DNA of 64,000 nucleotides from Hyphochytrium catenoides (lineage: Eukaryota > Protista > Hyphochytriomycota), in the NCBI GenBank assembly GCA_900088475.1, contig FLMG01000335.1, positions 1-64,000 on the forward strand, in the 5' to 3' direction. Of this stretch, positions 52,701-64,000 are shown in pieces. The notes beneath the pieces are model-generated. The model did not search any database. It saw only the letters and a program-made list of their open reading frames with translations, and had not been told where the DNA came from. The position numbers and the translations under genes are program-made. The first letter of the stretch is position 1; each line of letters begins with the position of its first letter.

Positions 52701-55700
52701 TAATGCAATCATCGACCAAATATCGACCAAATATCTACCAAAGTTGAAGTTGCTCTGCTTTGCTATTCCAACAGGCTCTTCACCTTTCTTATCCTTTCCT
52801 TAAGGGTCAGACCTCGCTGTCCTTCGTCTAAATTCCGCATTCCGCCTGGATTCAAATCTTCAATGACGAGATCTTCAGTGAGCTGCACACTTAACCCGCA
52901 ATGCTCGTAGGGTGCCGATACTGTCATTTGTGAGCGTATCAAGAAGAGTCTGACGGCAGAAGAAGAGCTGGGCCTTCAGAGGACACTTCAACATATGTCT
53001 GGGTATGCTGCGGAGGGGCTCCGTACGCTCCTGGTCGCTTCAAGTGAGCTGGATGAGGAAGTGTACCAAAAGTGGTCTGCCAAGTTCAGTGAAGCCAACA
53101 GCAATCTGTTGGAGATTGAAAAGAGAAAGAACGGAGAAGAGAACCGGATTGATCAGCTCATGGAGAGCGTGGAAAGAGAGCTCTCAATCATCGGTGCAAC
53201 TGCTATTGAAGACAAGTTACAGGAGGGTGTGCCGGATACGATTGCGGACTTGAGAAAAGCGGGAATCAAGGTTTGGATGTTGACCGGAGACAAAGAGGAG
53301 ACCGCCATCAATATTGGCTTTGCTTGTGAGCTCCTGGCGTTAGATATGTTCGTTCTGACCCTCAACGGGGCAAAATATGGGGAATATTGCGAGATTAAGG
53401 AAGAGCTAATCAGACAAGCTGCGGCGGCAAAGAGCAAAACGGTAGGTACAATAGAAAGCTCAAAGCATTGCATGCTTTGGGCTTGAGTGCGTAAGCTGGC
53501 CCTTCTTGATGATCCTTCTACGCCTGTCACTATTTCTCCCTCATTTTTCCCTTCGTCTATTGTTTGAGCTCGGATAAACTTGCTATTCTTCTTGTTCCTT
53601 ACTCTCACTTTCAATGTGTATTCTCATCACTACTACCTTTGACCGCCCATATGTGCTCTAATCTCTTCCGTCGCTTTTATCAGCTGTTGGCGCCGCTTCA
53701 CATGGTTGAAGAGGTCGGAGTCTTCTCTCTCCCAGATGCCCTCGCCAGATCCAACTCTCCCTTCGAGGGTGAGAGGGCGCTGGTTATAGATGGAGAGGCC
53801 CTTCTCTCTGCCCTCCAGCTCTTCCCATCAGAGTTTATAGAGTATGCTATGTGCTGTTCGTCGGTCGTCGCCTGCAGAGTTTCCCCAGCACAAAAGGCGC
53901 AGATAGTAGATCTTGTCAAGACAACACTGCCGAAGAGCCGGACACTTGCCATAGGAGACGGTGCAAACGACGTGAGCATGATTCAGGTGAGGGATGTGCT
54001 AGCTGTGACAAGTGCCCCCGTTTTAGTTTCCGTTTTCCGTCCGCAGCGCTTGTCACTACTTTAAGGTCTCTAGTGCAAGGCTTGCTGAATGCCTCTCATA
54101 CCCAGTTTCCCTTGACGGCAATCTGACAGTTCTCCGCAGACGGCACATGTAGGCGTTGGGATCAGTGGGCAAGAGGGTATGCAAGCTGTCAACAGTTCAG
54201 ACTATGCCATTGCCCAGTTCCGCTTCCTTCGTCGGTTGCTGCTGGTGCATGGGCGGTGGAACTACATTCGAATGTCGAAGTTGGTGTGCTTCACCTTCTA
54301 TAAGAACATTATGATGTGCCTCACGCAGTTTTGGTACTTCGTGTTCCTAACGGGCTTCTCGGGTCAAAAGTTCTACCTGGAAGTAGGCATTCAGATGTTC
54401 AACTTACTCTACACCTCTCTACCACCTATTTTGCTTGGAATCTTCGACCAAGATGTGCCCGACTATTTGGCACAGAAGTTTCCACATCTATACTCTACAG
54501 GTAAGCTACCCTTAGAGAGGCAGGGTCTTCCTTCTGAAGATAGCCACTGAGTTCCAGGTTCCTTTTGACGCTCTTACTGGTTTGAATAATTCTGGTCTCC
54601 TCTATTGGTACATGTGGTAAGGATTGTGTGCATTTAACCTAATGCTGCCGTTCCTGCGCTCAGGTCTTCGCAACAGCAAGTATAACTTCCGAGTCGTGCT
54701 CTATTGGTTCCTCTCCTGTATATATGAGAGCGCCGTCATATGCTTTGGAGTAGTTTATGCCTATCGATTTTCTGGATCTATGGATGGGGCGACTCCCTCG
54801 GTGTGGGAGATGGGAGCTGTTGTCTTTTCAATAGTGATCATCGTCGTCAACGTCAAGCTCATGCTAATTCAGTGCATCTTCCACTGGATACACTGGGTCA
54901 TTTACGCGGGAAGCGTAGCTTTGTGGTTCTGCACTGCAGAACTAGCATCTAACACCTGGATCTTCAGCCCAGGGGCGTGGTATTTATTGTGGGGGCATAT
55001 CAGAGGTTCGTCTATCGCCTTTCTCATTTCAGATTTCCTTCTCAGAACTTGCGAATTGCTTGTGCCTTGTACGACGATAGCCTAGTTCTGTGACTCAAAA
55101 GCCTAATGCGACCTAACTGTAGGCAATATCCTATTCTACTTGCTGTTGGTACTAATCCCGGTGGCCGCCTTGGGCCGAGACTTCCTGATGAAGGGATGGA
55201 AGAGGAACATTTATCCAGAGTACTATCACTTGGTCCAGGAGGTGGGAACTCGCAGGACTATTTCTGCCACTGCCTGCTATGCATCCGTTCTGGAAACCAT
55301 TTTCTTTAACCCCATTGCTCTCGCCCCACTGACGGGGCTTCGATTACTCTGTCTCTTCTCGCACTCTTGTAGGTACATGCTAACAAGTGGGAGCAGTATG
55401 CCGACTATCTGTTGTCGTATCCGCCACCAGAGAAGTTGCCGCTGGCTTTGGAGTCGAAGGTTAGTTCGTCGCCTTGTGGTCCTAGTCGTTTGACAACCTT
55501 GCCGCTTTCCTCCCCTTTGAATTTGGGGATGGTTTTCATTGCCCCGATAGCTGGGACACTAACAGTTAATAATAAGCAGCGACGAAAGAGACAAGCCCGG
55601 GTGGAGACACCTGAAGTAGAGGTAGTATCGCCAGACAAAGCATCACAAAGGCGCCCAGTGGAAGAGCTGATGATGGACAAGCTCCCCAAGTCAGAGCTCT

Positions 55701-56802
55701 CATTACCCGAGGAGGTAGGTGTGAGGGGGTCTCGATATTGACAAAGTCCTAGAGCTGAGCATTTCAACGGCTCAGTCACTCCTCTTCTGAAAGCATCAGC
55801 TCAACTTGGATCCAGCTATTATTGCAACTGATAGATTTCTCACGGCTGTGCACGGCTTGTGATTGGCTTCATCTCTAGCTCGTATCATCGTTTCCTATTC
55901 AAGTGTGTAAGAGCCGGCGTGGAATAATCCCCTCTTACAACCCGTGCTCCATTCTCTGTCTGTGCCCACCCGCAGGTGCTTCGCAACTCCTCTTATCGTG
56001 GAGCGGCTTTCGGCTATGACTCTGAGTCAATATTGGCCCAGTCATATATGGCGGCAGGACATGAGGGGACGCCAAGTCTGCGAGACAAATCGTATGTTTG
56101 CTGTGCACTTGTTTCGCATACTGGCTAAAGCTAAGCAACGGGCAATTTCTTACTATGTTTCCAGGACATCTGCCCCCTAAACCACGTTTCTCCTTTTATT
56201 ATCCTCTCTTTCTTTGCGTTCGAGTCCTCTCTCTCGTTCACGCCGACGGCAACAGACTCACTCTGTCCACTCACCCGTTTTAACGCATTGCAGGTATCCG
56301 CGGCTCGAACGCGCAGGCTCTCTGTATGGCAATCTTTTCGGTGCGTATTCACTTGCAGCTAAGCCATCCTTGTGCCAGCCGATAGGCGACACAATAGTAA
56401 AATGCTCCTGGCCTCTTTTATAACGCAAGACGTGTGTCCTATTCGTCTAATCTTCCTTCTATCTATGTAGACCATATCGTTGGACCAACGGATGAGGAGC
56501 TGGAGCTTTCACGTCGGCATCACCGTACTACTTTTCCTCCACCTTCAGGAGATCGGAGAGCTCGGGCACGTACTTTTGATGAGGAGATGATGGTAGGCGT
56601 TTTCTCTCTTATAGACTCTAACGCCCTTCCTGTAAGTCATCGCTTTTTTTGGTGCTGATATGTTCTTGCTCGTTCAATGGATCTCTAGAGCACCGCCACC
56701 CATCAGTCTGGACAGTCCGGGCAGTCAACAGAGGACGACATGAATCTCATTCGCTCAAAGTCTGAGCTTCAAATACCTGGTTACTTATTCAGACGCTCAT
56801 AA
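49730..56802 (+). CDS. P4-type ATPase (phospholipid flippase)
   Basis: CYVETKSLDGETNLK, IPISLYVS, EELGQIDYIFSDKTGTLT, SSPDEQALV, LEFNSTRKRMSV, EGLRTL, GATAIEDKLQ, WMLTGDK, CRVSPAQKA, AIGDGANDVSMIQ, LLVHGRWNY. Confidence 0.97.
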
Positions 56803-57227
56803 GCAGGAAGCAACGACGTGAGACCAGGAAATGTACCTAGAAATGAATAAGTGTATATAGCCAACCCTCTATCTATATCGGCAGAAGGGTAGGGAAGCCA
56901 ACTATTATCTCAGTCACTTCCAATGTAATTTGAAACTTCAGAACGTGGTACAAGCGTAGTGAGGGTGCCATAGCGCTCCCATGTTGCTCGCGCGGAGAAG
57001 CTCAGGATAGGCGCAGCCCAGAAACTTTGGTCCTCGGTCATGGAACGAATGTAAGCCGCCACACAACAGACTCCTGCTACCAGCTGCTAGCGTCCGACTT
57101 TCATGGACCGAGGATTGGCGGGGGTGATGGAGGTTGGCGTAGAAAAATAATCTATTTACACGGTGGTTGCTCTGGTAAGGAGTCTACCCGCCCAAGCGTC
57201 CTTTTCTGCAGCTGACAGCCTCCAGTC

Positions 57228-57599
57228 CTAGACCTCGTCTTCATTGAGAAGCATGTTGGGAATGCCTTCCTTGATGGGAAACTTGCGGCCGGACTCAGGG
57301 CACACAAGGTTCCCTTCCTTCACGTGAACGTCTAGCAGCACTTTATGAACAACCTTCAGGAACTCGTCATCGTCAAACAGTTCCTCTTTCAGCTCTGTAG
57401 GAAGCCCTTCACCATGGCCTATTGAGTTTGCTGCACTAACCACCACGGCCCATTCCAGCTTTGGGAGAATTTTCTTGATAAACTCAGGGTTGAATTCTGA
57501 CTCTTCGACCTCTATAGTCTCCGCTTCTATTGCCAGAGGATAGCCGTTGACCACACCCTTTTTGTTGCAGAGAAGCCAGTTGTGTGTGATTAGCCTCAT
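57228..57599 (-). CDS. TRM112: Multifunctional methyltransferase activator TRM112, intronless
   Basis: MRLITHNWL...GYPL...EFNPEFI...KLEW...HKVLLDVHVKEGNLVCPESGRKFPIKEGIPNMLLNEDEV*. Confidence 0.97.
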   Translation of the reverse strand: MRLITHNWLLCNKKGVVNGYPLAIEAETIEVEESEFNPEFIKKILPKLEWAVVVSAANSIGHGEGLPTELKEELFDDDEFLKVVHKVLLDVHVKEGNLVCPESGRKFPIKEGIPNMLLNEDEV

Positions 57600-58404
57600 C
57601 CTGTTTGTCTCCCCTGCTAGCTTGCTATGGTTGCCCCTACCACCGAATGAAGAGAGAACTTCCTATTCACTTCAAAAATAGACTCTCGAGGATCAGCTTC
57701 TATGCGAACTGTTTAGAAGGAAAAGGAGTCTACGTCGGAAGCAACTCACAGAGTCGTAGTCTCCAAGCCTGCACCAGTATGACGAGACGAGACAGCGGTG
57801 GCAGCGGTGGCGCTTCTCTTCTGTCAAAGATGATGAAGCACAGCAGCAACAGTACGGATCTTCGTCCGATGAAGCAAGGAACTGATGGCACAGACTACCA
57901 CCACCAAGTGTAGGATAATAATGCCACAGCCCAGATCCAGGAGGAGCTCTGGAGGCATGATCCCATTGAGCTTGTGATAACTGAAGGGCTGATCTCCTCG
58001 TTGTTGGTCTGTGATCAGCAGAAGAGCAGAGGACTTGGAACGAAGCGTGAAGCTTGAAGATTTCTGCAGGAGTGTCATCGAGATCTAGGAGGCAGAGCTC
58101 TATTCACTTGTGCTCCCGCAGCCCACCAGGTCCTATAGCTCTATTGGAGGACATTGGAAGGATAGCAGTGGAATATAGTCTCAAGCAGTGGAGCTAGATC
58201 ATCAGTGACATTGATTCTCATCCTTCCTAGCGCTGAGCATGGGGCTCTCGCTGCCCGCTGCTTGTTCGACACGAAAGCCCTCAAACTACGGCATAGCATG
58301 TCGGAGCTAAGAAGTCATAACAGAAGTAGATATCACTTCTGAACTTCGCTGCCGTTGGATCTCTGTTGAAGGAGTATTAAAGGGTCACAAAGTGTTCAAT
58401 AAGG

Positions 58405-60122
58405 ATGACTACTTGGGGAACCAGTGTTCCAGCTTGTGGCTTCTTCGTCCTCATATTCTTGGCTCCTCTACTGCGAGCCCTGGCAGGATCAGAGAGGATC
58501 GTACGTTTCCGCATGATACTCCAAGACTTGTCGTGTTATTGTGCACGTGTAAAGCTGAAAAGCAAAAAGAGTGATGCAGAAGAGTACGAAAAGGCGGGCC
58601 TCGTGCTCAGTGATGATTCCGAGACTGGTCTTCCGATCCCTGCTTCTGCAGTCAGACGCTCCGTGCGGCCTTCTTCTCCAGGCAGCTCCCATTCACCAAC
58701 TCGATCGCATTCCAGCTCGGAGGGCTCGGCCTATTATCCTCCATCTCTTACCACGGTCATTGTTTGGTCAGCCTTTCTTGTACTTACCTACATTACCGTC
58801 CGTATCTTCTATCCTCTGCTGGGCTTCAGTTGCAGAGAGAAGTTTGCATACAGTCATGCTGAAGATATGGCTGGGATGCTCATTAGGGGCCTCGTAGGTA
58901 AGACCTGAAAGTGAATCATTAGAGAGGCAGCAAAAAGTTAGATATCGTAAGCATGAAGGGAAGAGGCAAGGGCTATGACGAGGCTGACTTGGGTGTAAGG
59001 CCGCGCAAGGCTTCTGAAAAGGAGAAAGAGGGTACAGAGCTGGGAATACTAAGCCGAATATTGCTAACCCATCCGTCTCGTTATCTTGGTCCTCTGGAAA
59101 CAACTACAGTGGTCGCTTTCGGAAACCTTGAGTTAAGGTTTCAGAGCCGCAGAGCAGGCCTGAGCTTTTTGGGCAAGGTAAGGCTTCACAGTGTCTCCAC
59201 TATGGTCGGCCATATGTGGTAGATTAGCCAATCATGTCTCTATGATACGTTCTGAGCCTTCCTACTCTCGCCCTTACCACGATCTCTCCTTATGTCTGTT
59301 TCTCTCGCTAAGCCCCACCCAAATTCACTCTTATTTGTTCTCACGACATCGCCTCTCGGTGCGCAGGTGATGGGCTTCAACATTTTGTACTCTATCGCCT
59401 ATGAGGTCTGCCCACGCGCGTCTCTTGCTTCTGGCCATGCACAAAGCACCAAAGAAGGCTTCATTTTAAATGGCTTTCTGCAGCTCTTTCTCGCCTTCGT
59501 GCTGTGGGAACTTCTCCTCATTGCAAGAGGGCAAGGGGGCCGCTTCTTTCTAATTTATTCCCTTGTAGCTTCAACTATCCTTTCCGTCCATGTATGGATC
59601 GCGGTGTTCCTGACCGAGAGTGTGAGGCTACATATCCATCATTATTATTGGGGATGGCTTCTCTCGTTCCTGGCCCCGTTTAAAGACCCAGTAAGCGAGA
59701 CCTTTCAGGTAAATTAGCGCTTGACCAATGCTGTGACATGCAATCTGCTCCGCCACGAAGGGAAGGTAGAGAGAAAAAAGGGGGGGGTTGAGGGGGGGCG
59801 TGGTATGTTGGTGCTTTGAATGCATCCGAAGTTGAAAGCTGTGGTATCTACAGAAGAATAGGACAGGGGATGCTTCAGGGAAGGACGGCCATTGAATTTG
59901 AATGCGAAACCTCTCAACTTTGTAGTTCGCTCTACAGGACGCTTGCAAGGCATGATTGACGGTCATGAACTCCAATCTCACTCTCTTTTGTGACCTTACT
60001 GTTATTAGGCTATGATGCTGGCCTTCTTTGTCCATGGTACTGCGGTCTTCGGGATCGAGCCTATTTTTCTGGCTCGCCAGACCCCAGTTAGGCTTGCCAA
60101 AGTGCCTGGTAGTGTGGATTAA
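58405..60122 (+). CDS. Uncharacterised multi-pass membrane protein with an HIHHY motif
   Basis: Hydrophobic N-terminus and several TM segments across exons with GT-AG junctions. Ends LHIHHYYWGWLLSFLAPFKDPVSETFQ|AMMLAFFVHGTAVFGIEPIFL...SVD*. Confidence 0.65.
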
Positions 60123-60254
60123 TACTACTTGTTCTCAAGTGACTGGAACTGAGAAGAAAAGCAATACATCTCTTCTTCTCTTCCTCTCTAGGCACGCTGT
60201 ATATTTAAGATTATAGTTCAATAAATATAAGTAGTACGGCGTGATGGGCTTTCA

Positions 60255-63219
60255 TTAATCTCCAGTTCTTTCAAGAAGCTCACGTATCTTTACAGCCGCT
60301 TCATCAATATCAACCTCATGCAAGGCACTGGAGAAAGTATAAAGTTAGAAAAGATGACAGTTACGAAAGATGCAGGTGAGGGACAATCAGCTAGGATGGA
60401 AAAAAAGCGAAGCGCCTTTATGACGTCGTCGGAGGCTGGGTTGACGAAAGTCAGGAAGTTGCATTGGTCTTTCTTACCTAATAGGAACAACTGGCAGCTT
60501 GGATAACCTTCTGAGCTTTGGCAAGTTGACTTGTCCCGCTGTTATAAAAGATAAAAAGTCATTCTTAGCACCTATCGCGATGACGTGAACCTCCTATGGC
60601 CATGTCCGTTCATGTCACGTGGTTGAGCTCTTCTTCCTTTCATTGTCGTCTCAACTCTTTGTTGCTACTGTACGTACCATTTAAGTCCATTTTGTTAGCG
60701 ATGACGAGAGACGGTTTCTGTGTGATGTTGGGTGCAAATAACTCCAACTCGTTTTGCAGGAGAAGGAGGTCATGCCATGGTTTCCTTCCCTCACTGCCAG
60801 CGGCATCGACGACATAGAGGAGCAGCTGCAATGACCCACTTAGATTATGTGCTATGCGAGAGAAAGAATCCGGGAAGCAACCGACCAAGTGATCGGATGA
60901 CTACACAGGTCACACAAGAGATTAAAGCAGAAGCCTACAATTGTGTTCACCTTTGTTCTCTCTATGTGCCTCAAAAAGTCATGTCCTAGGCCCACATTCC
61001 GGTGAGCTCCTTCTATGAGTCCAGGAATGTCGGCGATAGTAAAACGAAAGAAGTCCTGTCAACGTATTTATGGTAAGCCATTGTCAGTGCGATCGGTCAA
61101 CTCCCATGCTCGTCACTATCTTTAGAAGGGTCCAAGAGCCTCGAAGAATATCCTACCGGAAACTCAACGACCCCTACGTAAGGATGGAGCGTCGTGAAGG
61201 GGTAGGCAGCAATTCTAGGCTTAGCTCGCGAGAAGCGAGCTAGCAGTGTGCTCTTTCCCGCGTTTGGAAAACCAACAAGGCCCACATCTGCAATGGTCTT
61301 CAATTCAAGCTCGACAAGTACCTCTTCCCCAGGCTTCCCTCTCCTCTTCTCCTCCAGCTGCGGGTTGAGATATGGCAGACTTGTCAGTAACGCAGTTAAA
61401 CATTGCAATTTCATGAAACGACAGGGCGAACGCACGTGTCGCCAAAAGCAAGAAGGTGAAAGGACGTGCGATAGCATGGTCAAGATCCAGTGGCGGTCAC
61501 ATGTGGAGGGCATAGCTATCGTGACAGGCATTTCCAGGGTAATTCACAAGAGAGAATACATCGTGCTCACAAAAGATGTCGATGAACCCCTTGAGCTTCA
61601 AAAAGATAGAGTATTTACCAAGTCAGTCCGGTGCCTCTTCGATCTAGACGAGATAATTTTATTCCCTAGCCCTGGCTCTCCGCCCTTGGCGGCCACGAAA
61701 CTCTTCTCATGTCGATCCAAATCGCAGACAGCCGTTACGCGTTCCACTAGACCTTCATCGTCTTCGTCAAAACTATCATACATTTCCTCGGACTCATCGT
61801 CCCAATCCTCCTCATCCTCTGCGTCATACTCTTCCACTCCGTCGTCCAAGACATTCGTGTTTTCAGCTTTTTTCAAACTCACAGCTTCAACCTGCATCTC
61901 CTCGAACTCGTCACTGTTTGCGTCGACAATGGGTTCAACCGTCATTGGCTCCCCGTCTTCTTCCTCCTCCGGATCGACCTAAGGTAAGAAATGAAGAGAG
62001 TTTAGTGGACAAGTGCAGAAAGATTGCATGACCAAAACGTTAGGGTATGACTCTGTGGACTCACATCCGGCGCACTACAAAAGACAGAAAGAGCACAGGA
62101 AGCGCTATAGACAGCAACCGCCATAGACAGCGCGAGAAGTCAGAGGAATGAAGTGAAACATTGCAGGAGACTTCGCTCAACCAGAATGGCATATAAGCCA
62201 TAGACGCGCATACAGTTAGGCGTGTTGAATCAATGGAGGTAAAATGGCAAGTGAGGACCTCACTCAGCTAGGAGAGTGGAGAGACTTAGTGAGAGAGCAC
62301 TGCTCCAGGTAGATAACAAAGAAAGGTATTTCAAGGGGTTAAAGGAAGGCTTCTGCAGGCTGACATGGATAGCTTGGAAGGAGGAATTGAGCAGCAGTCG
62401 TCGTACATATTCCACTTTCTTCACCAAGGTTCCCACTGGCACTTTGATTATAACGTCCTCTCCGGCTTTTCCTCTCTTGTCATCACCCTGCCCATTCTTG
62501 CCAGGTTTCGCATTATATCGATAGCGAGTGCGGCCTAACCCACTGACGTGCTGGTCGGCTTGAAGGATTATGCTGCCGCCCTTTCCACCGTGACCACCAT
62601 TGGCTCGTATTTTACCAGGTCCGACCACTTCGCGAATGGATAAAGAGAAGTGCGGTTAGAGCTCTCAGCAGTGAATAGCAGAGGATGACGAAGACAAGAA
62701 AGAGATGATCTTCCTGAGATCTCATTGAGTCATCCAAAGGATGGGGGTCGTCTCTGTCTTTTACCTTGGTAACTCTCACAGCCATCACCCCCATGCCCTG
62801 CCTTCAGGCTTAGTCTGATCGTGTCAACAAACTTCCGCTTAGACGCAGCTCTGCTATAAGAGATCTTATTCCTCTTCCTATTCCTCTATGAAACGAAAGA
62901 TGAGCAGTTAGAGGGTTCCTGGAAGCCCTATAGCGAAAAAGATTGGAGTTCCAACTTAGGTTGCTAAGAAGTTTTGCCACGACTCCGGGGCACGGTATTC
63001 CGGTGAAAGAACACTTTGCTTCCTCACCTCTTCCTGGACATCGATAGGCTCACCAACAGAAGGATCCAGCGTGTGCAAAGTTGGTGAATCTTCGGTTGAC
63101 AGTAGACGTGCAAATATTAAGCTACGTTTGGCAGGATAGCGATTAAGGAGACTTGGCGCGAGAGCAGGTCCATGCCATCGGCCAGGCGCTATTCGCAGTC
63201 CTCCTATAAGAGTCATCAT
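60255..63219 (-). CDS. Obg/CgtA family GTPase, probably mitochondrial (MTG2/GTPBP5-like)
   Basis: Arg-rich presequence, FVD..RL...[40 protein letters not shown] (G1), AAYPFTTL (G2), [11 protein letters not shown]...LRHIER (G3), ANKMD (G4), PISA (G5). Confidence 0.95.
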
Positions 63220-64000
63220 CCAAACGCCGCCCAGTACAGAGGGTGGGAGCTGTGGGTGAGGACTTTGGGTTATTTGTACCCCTTCTTACGCTTGAGGTCA
63301 CTGCAAGCTGTCCGGTTGGCCAAATCGCCACCTTGAAGGAAGGGGATGCCTAATGCCCGAACTTTTCTCTCAAGTATAACGCCATCTGGAGAGTGAGAGG
63401 CTTTGACAATGGGTACAGACTAAAGGCCTTTTAGCCGTAGACGCTCTCAGAAGGCAAGGCTTAGCGGCTGTGGCTGTCAACTGTGTGCTGCTTGCTGCCT
63501 GAGCCACTTGAGTCTCAGTTTCTTCTGCAGATTCTGAGCTTCGCATATCTCGTCTTCCAGCCATCAAGCTGGAAAGCATCATTAATCCTGTTGCTGCTGA
63601 AAACCTGCGGAAATAGAGCCGGTAACGGTATTCCTGCGAGAATGTGGTGAATAACTCCGCTGAAACTACGTCCTGTCTCTCAACATACAGTGAAGAGCAG
63701 GTAAACATAGATCGGATTTCCCACACCTTTCGTAGGGTGATTACCTCTATTGGCGCGGTTACTCAATAGAAAAGGCAAGTGGGTGACCTGACGGAAGGTG
63801 TGTCAGATGAGGCTTAAAGGCAAACCGCCCTTTTGCCTGAATTTGCGCCCGGATCTTTTACGAAGAGTTTGCGGAGAGAAGCCAAAGGATTTCTGCAGAT
63901 CTTCGAACAGCTTCACGAAGATTCGTTTCTCTCCGACATCGGCTCGATCTACCGCCCCCATACGGCACCCCAAGCTTTTGTCTTTCTTTCCTATATTCCT

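Noticed and set aside
63370-64000. 118-aa - strand ORF and an open + frame at the window end
   Set aside because: No recognisable homology and the coding strand cannot be determined.

Overview
Gene-dense, intron-rich eukaryotic nuclear DNA with one 29-N assembly gap. The organism is very probably a flagellated stramenopile, since it has IFT43 and two Sig1/Ocm1-type tubular mastigoneme genes. By manually joining exons at GT-AG sites I can support about 15 protein-coding genes, mostly alternating strand: STE20/MST kinase (3' partial), IFT43, tepsin, MGMT, PIG-X, an NhaC-family antiporter, two head-to-head mastigoneme EGF proteins, SMG8, a type II NADH dehydrogenase, a large TPR glycosyltransferase, a P4-ATPase flippase, TRM112, an HxHH membrane protein and an Obg GTPase. 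The four strongest leads are: (1) an apparently single gene fusing a signal/TM-anchored OGT-type (GT41) enzyme to a second TPR array and a GT4-like glycosyltransferase; (2) a probable U12 minor-spliceosome intron in SMG8; (3) a RIP-like TpA excess and CpA/TpG deficit in intergenic DNA; (4) the divergent mastigoneme paralog pair. No rRNA, tRNA, CRISPR array or recognisable transposon was found. Exon structures and dinucleotide counts are hand-derived and approximate.
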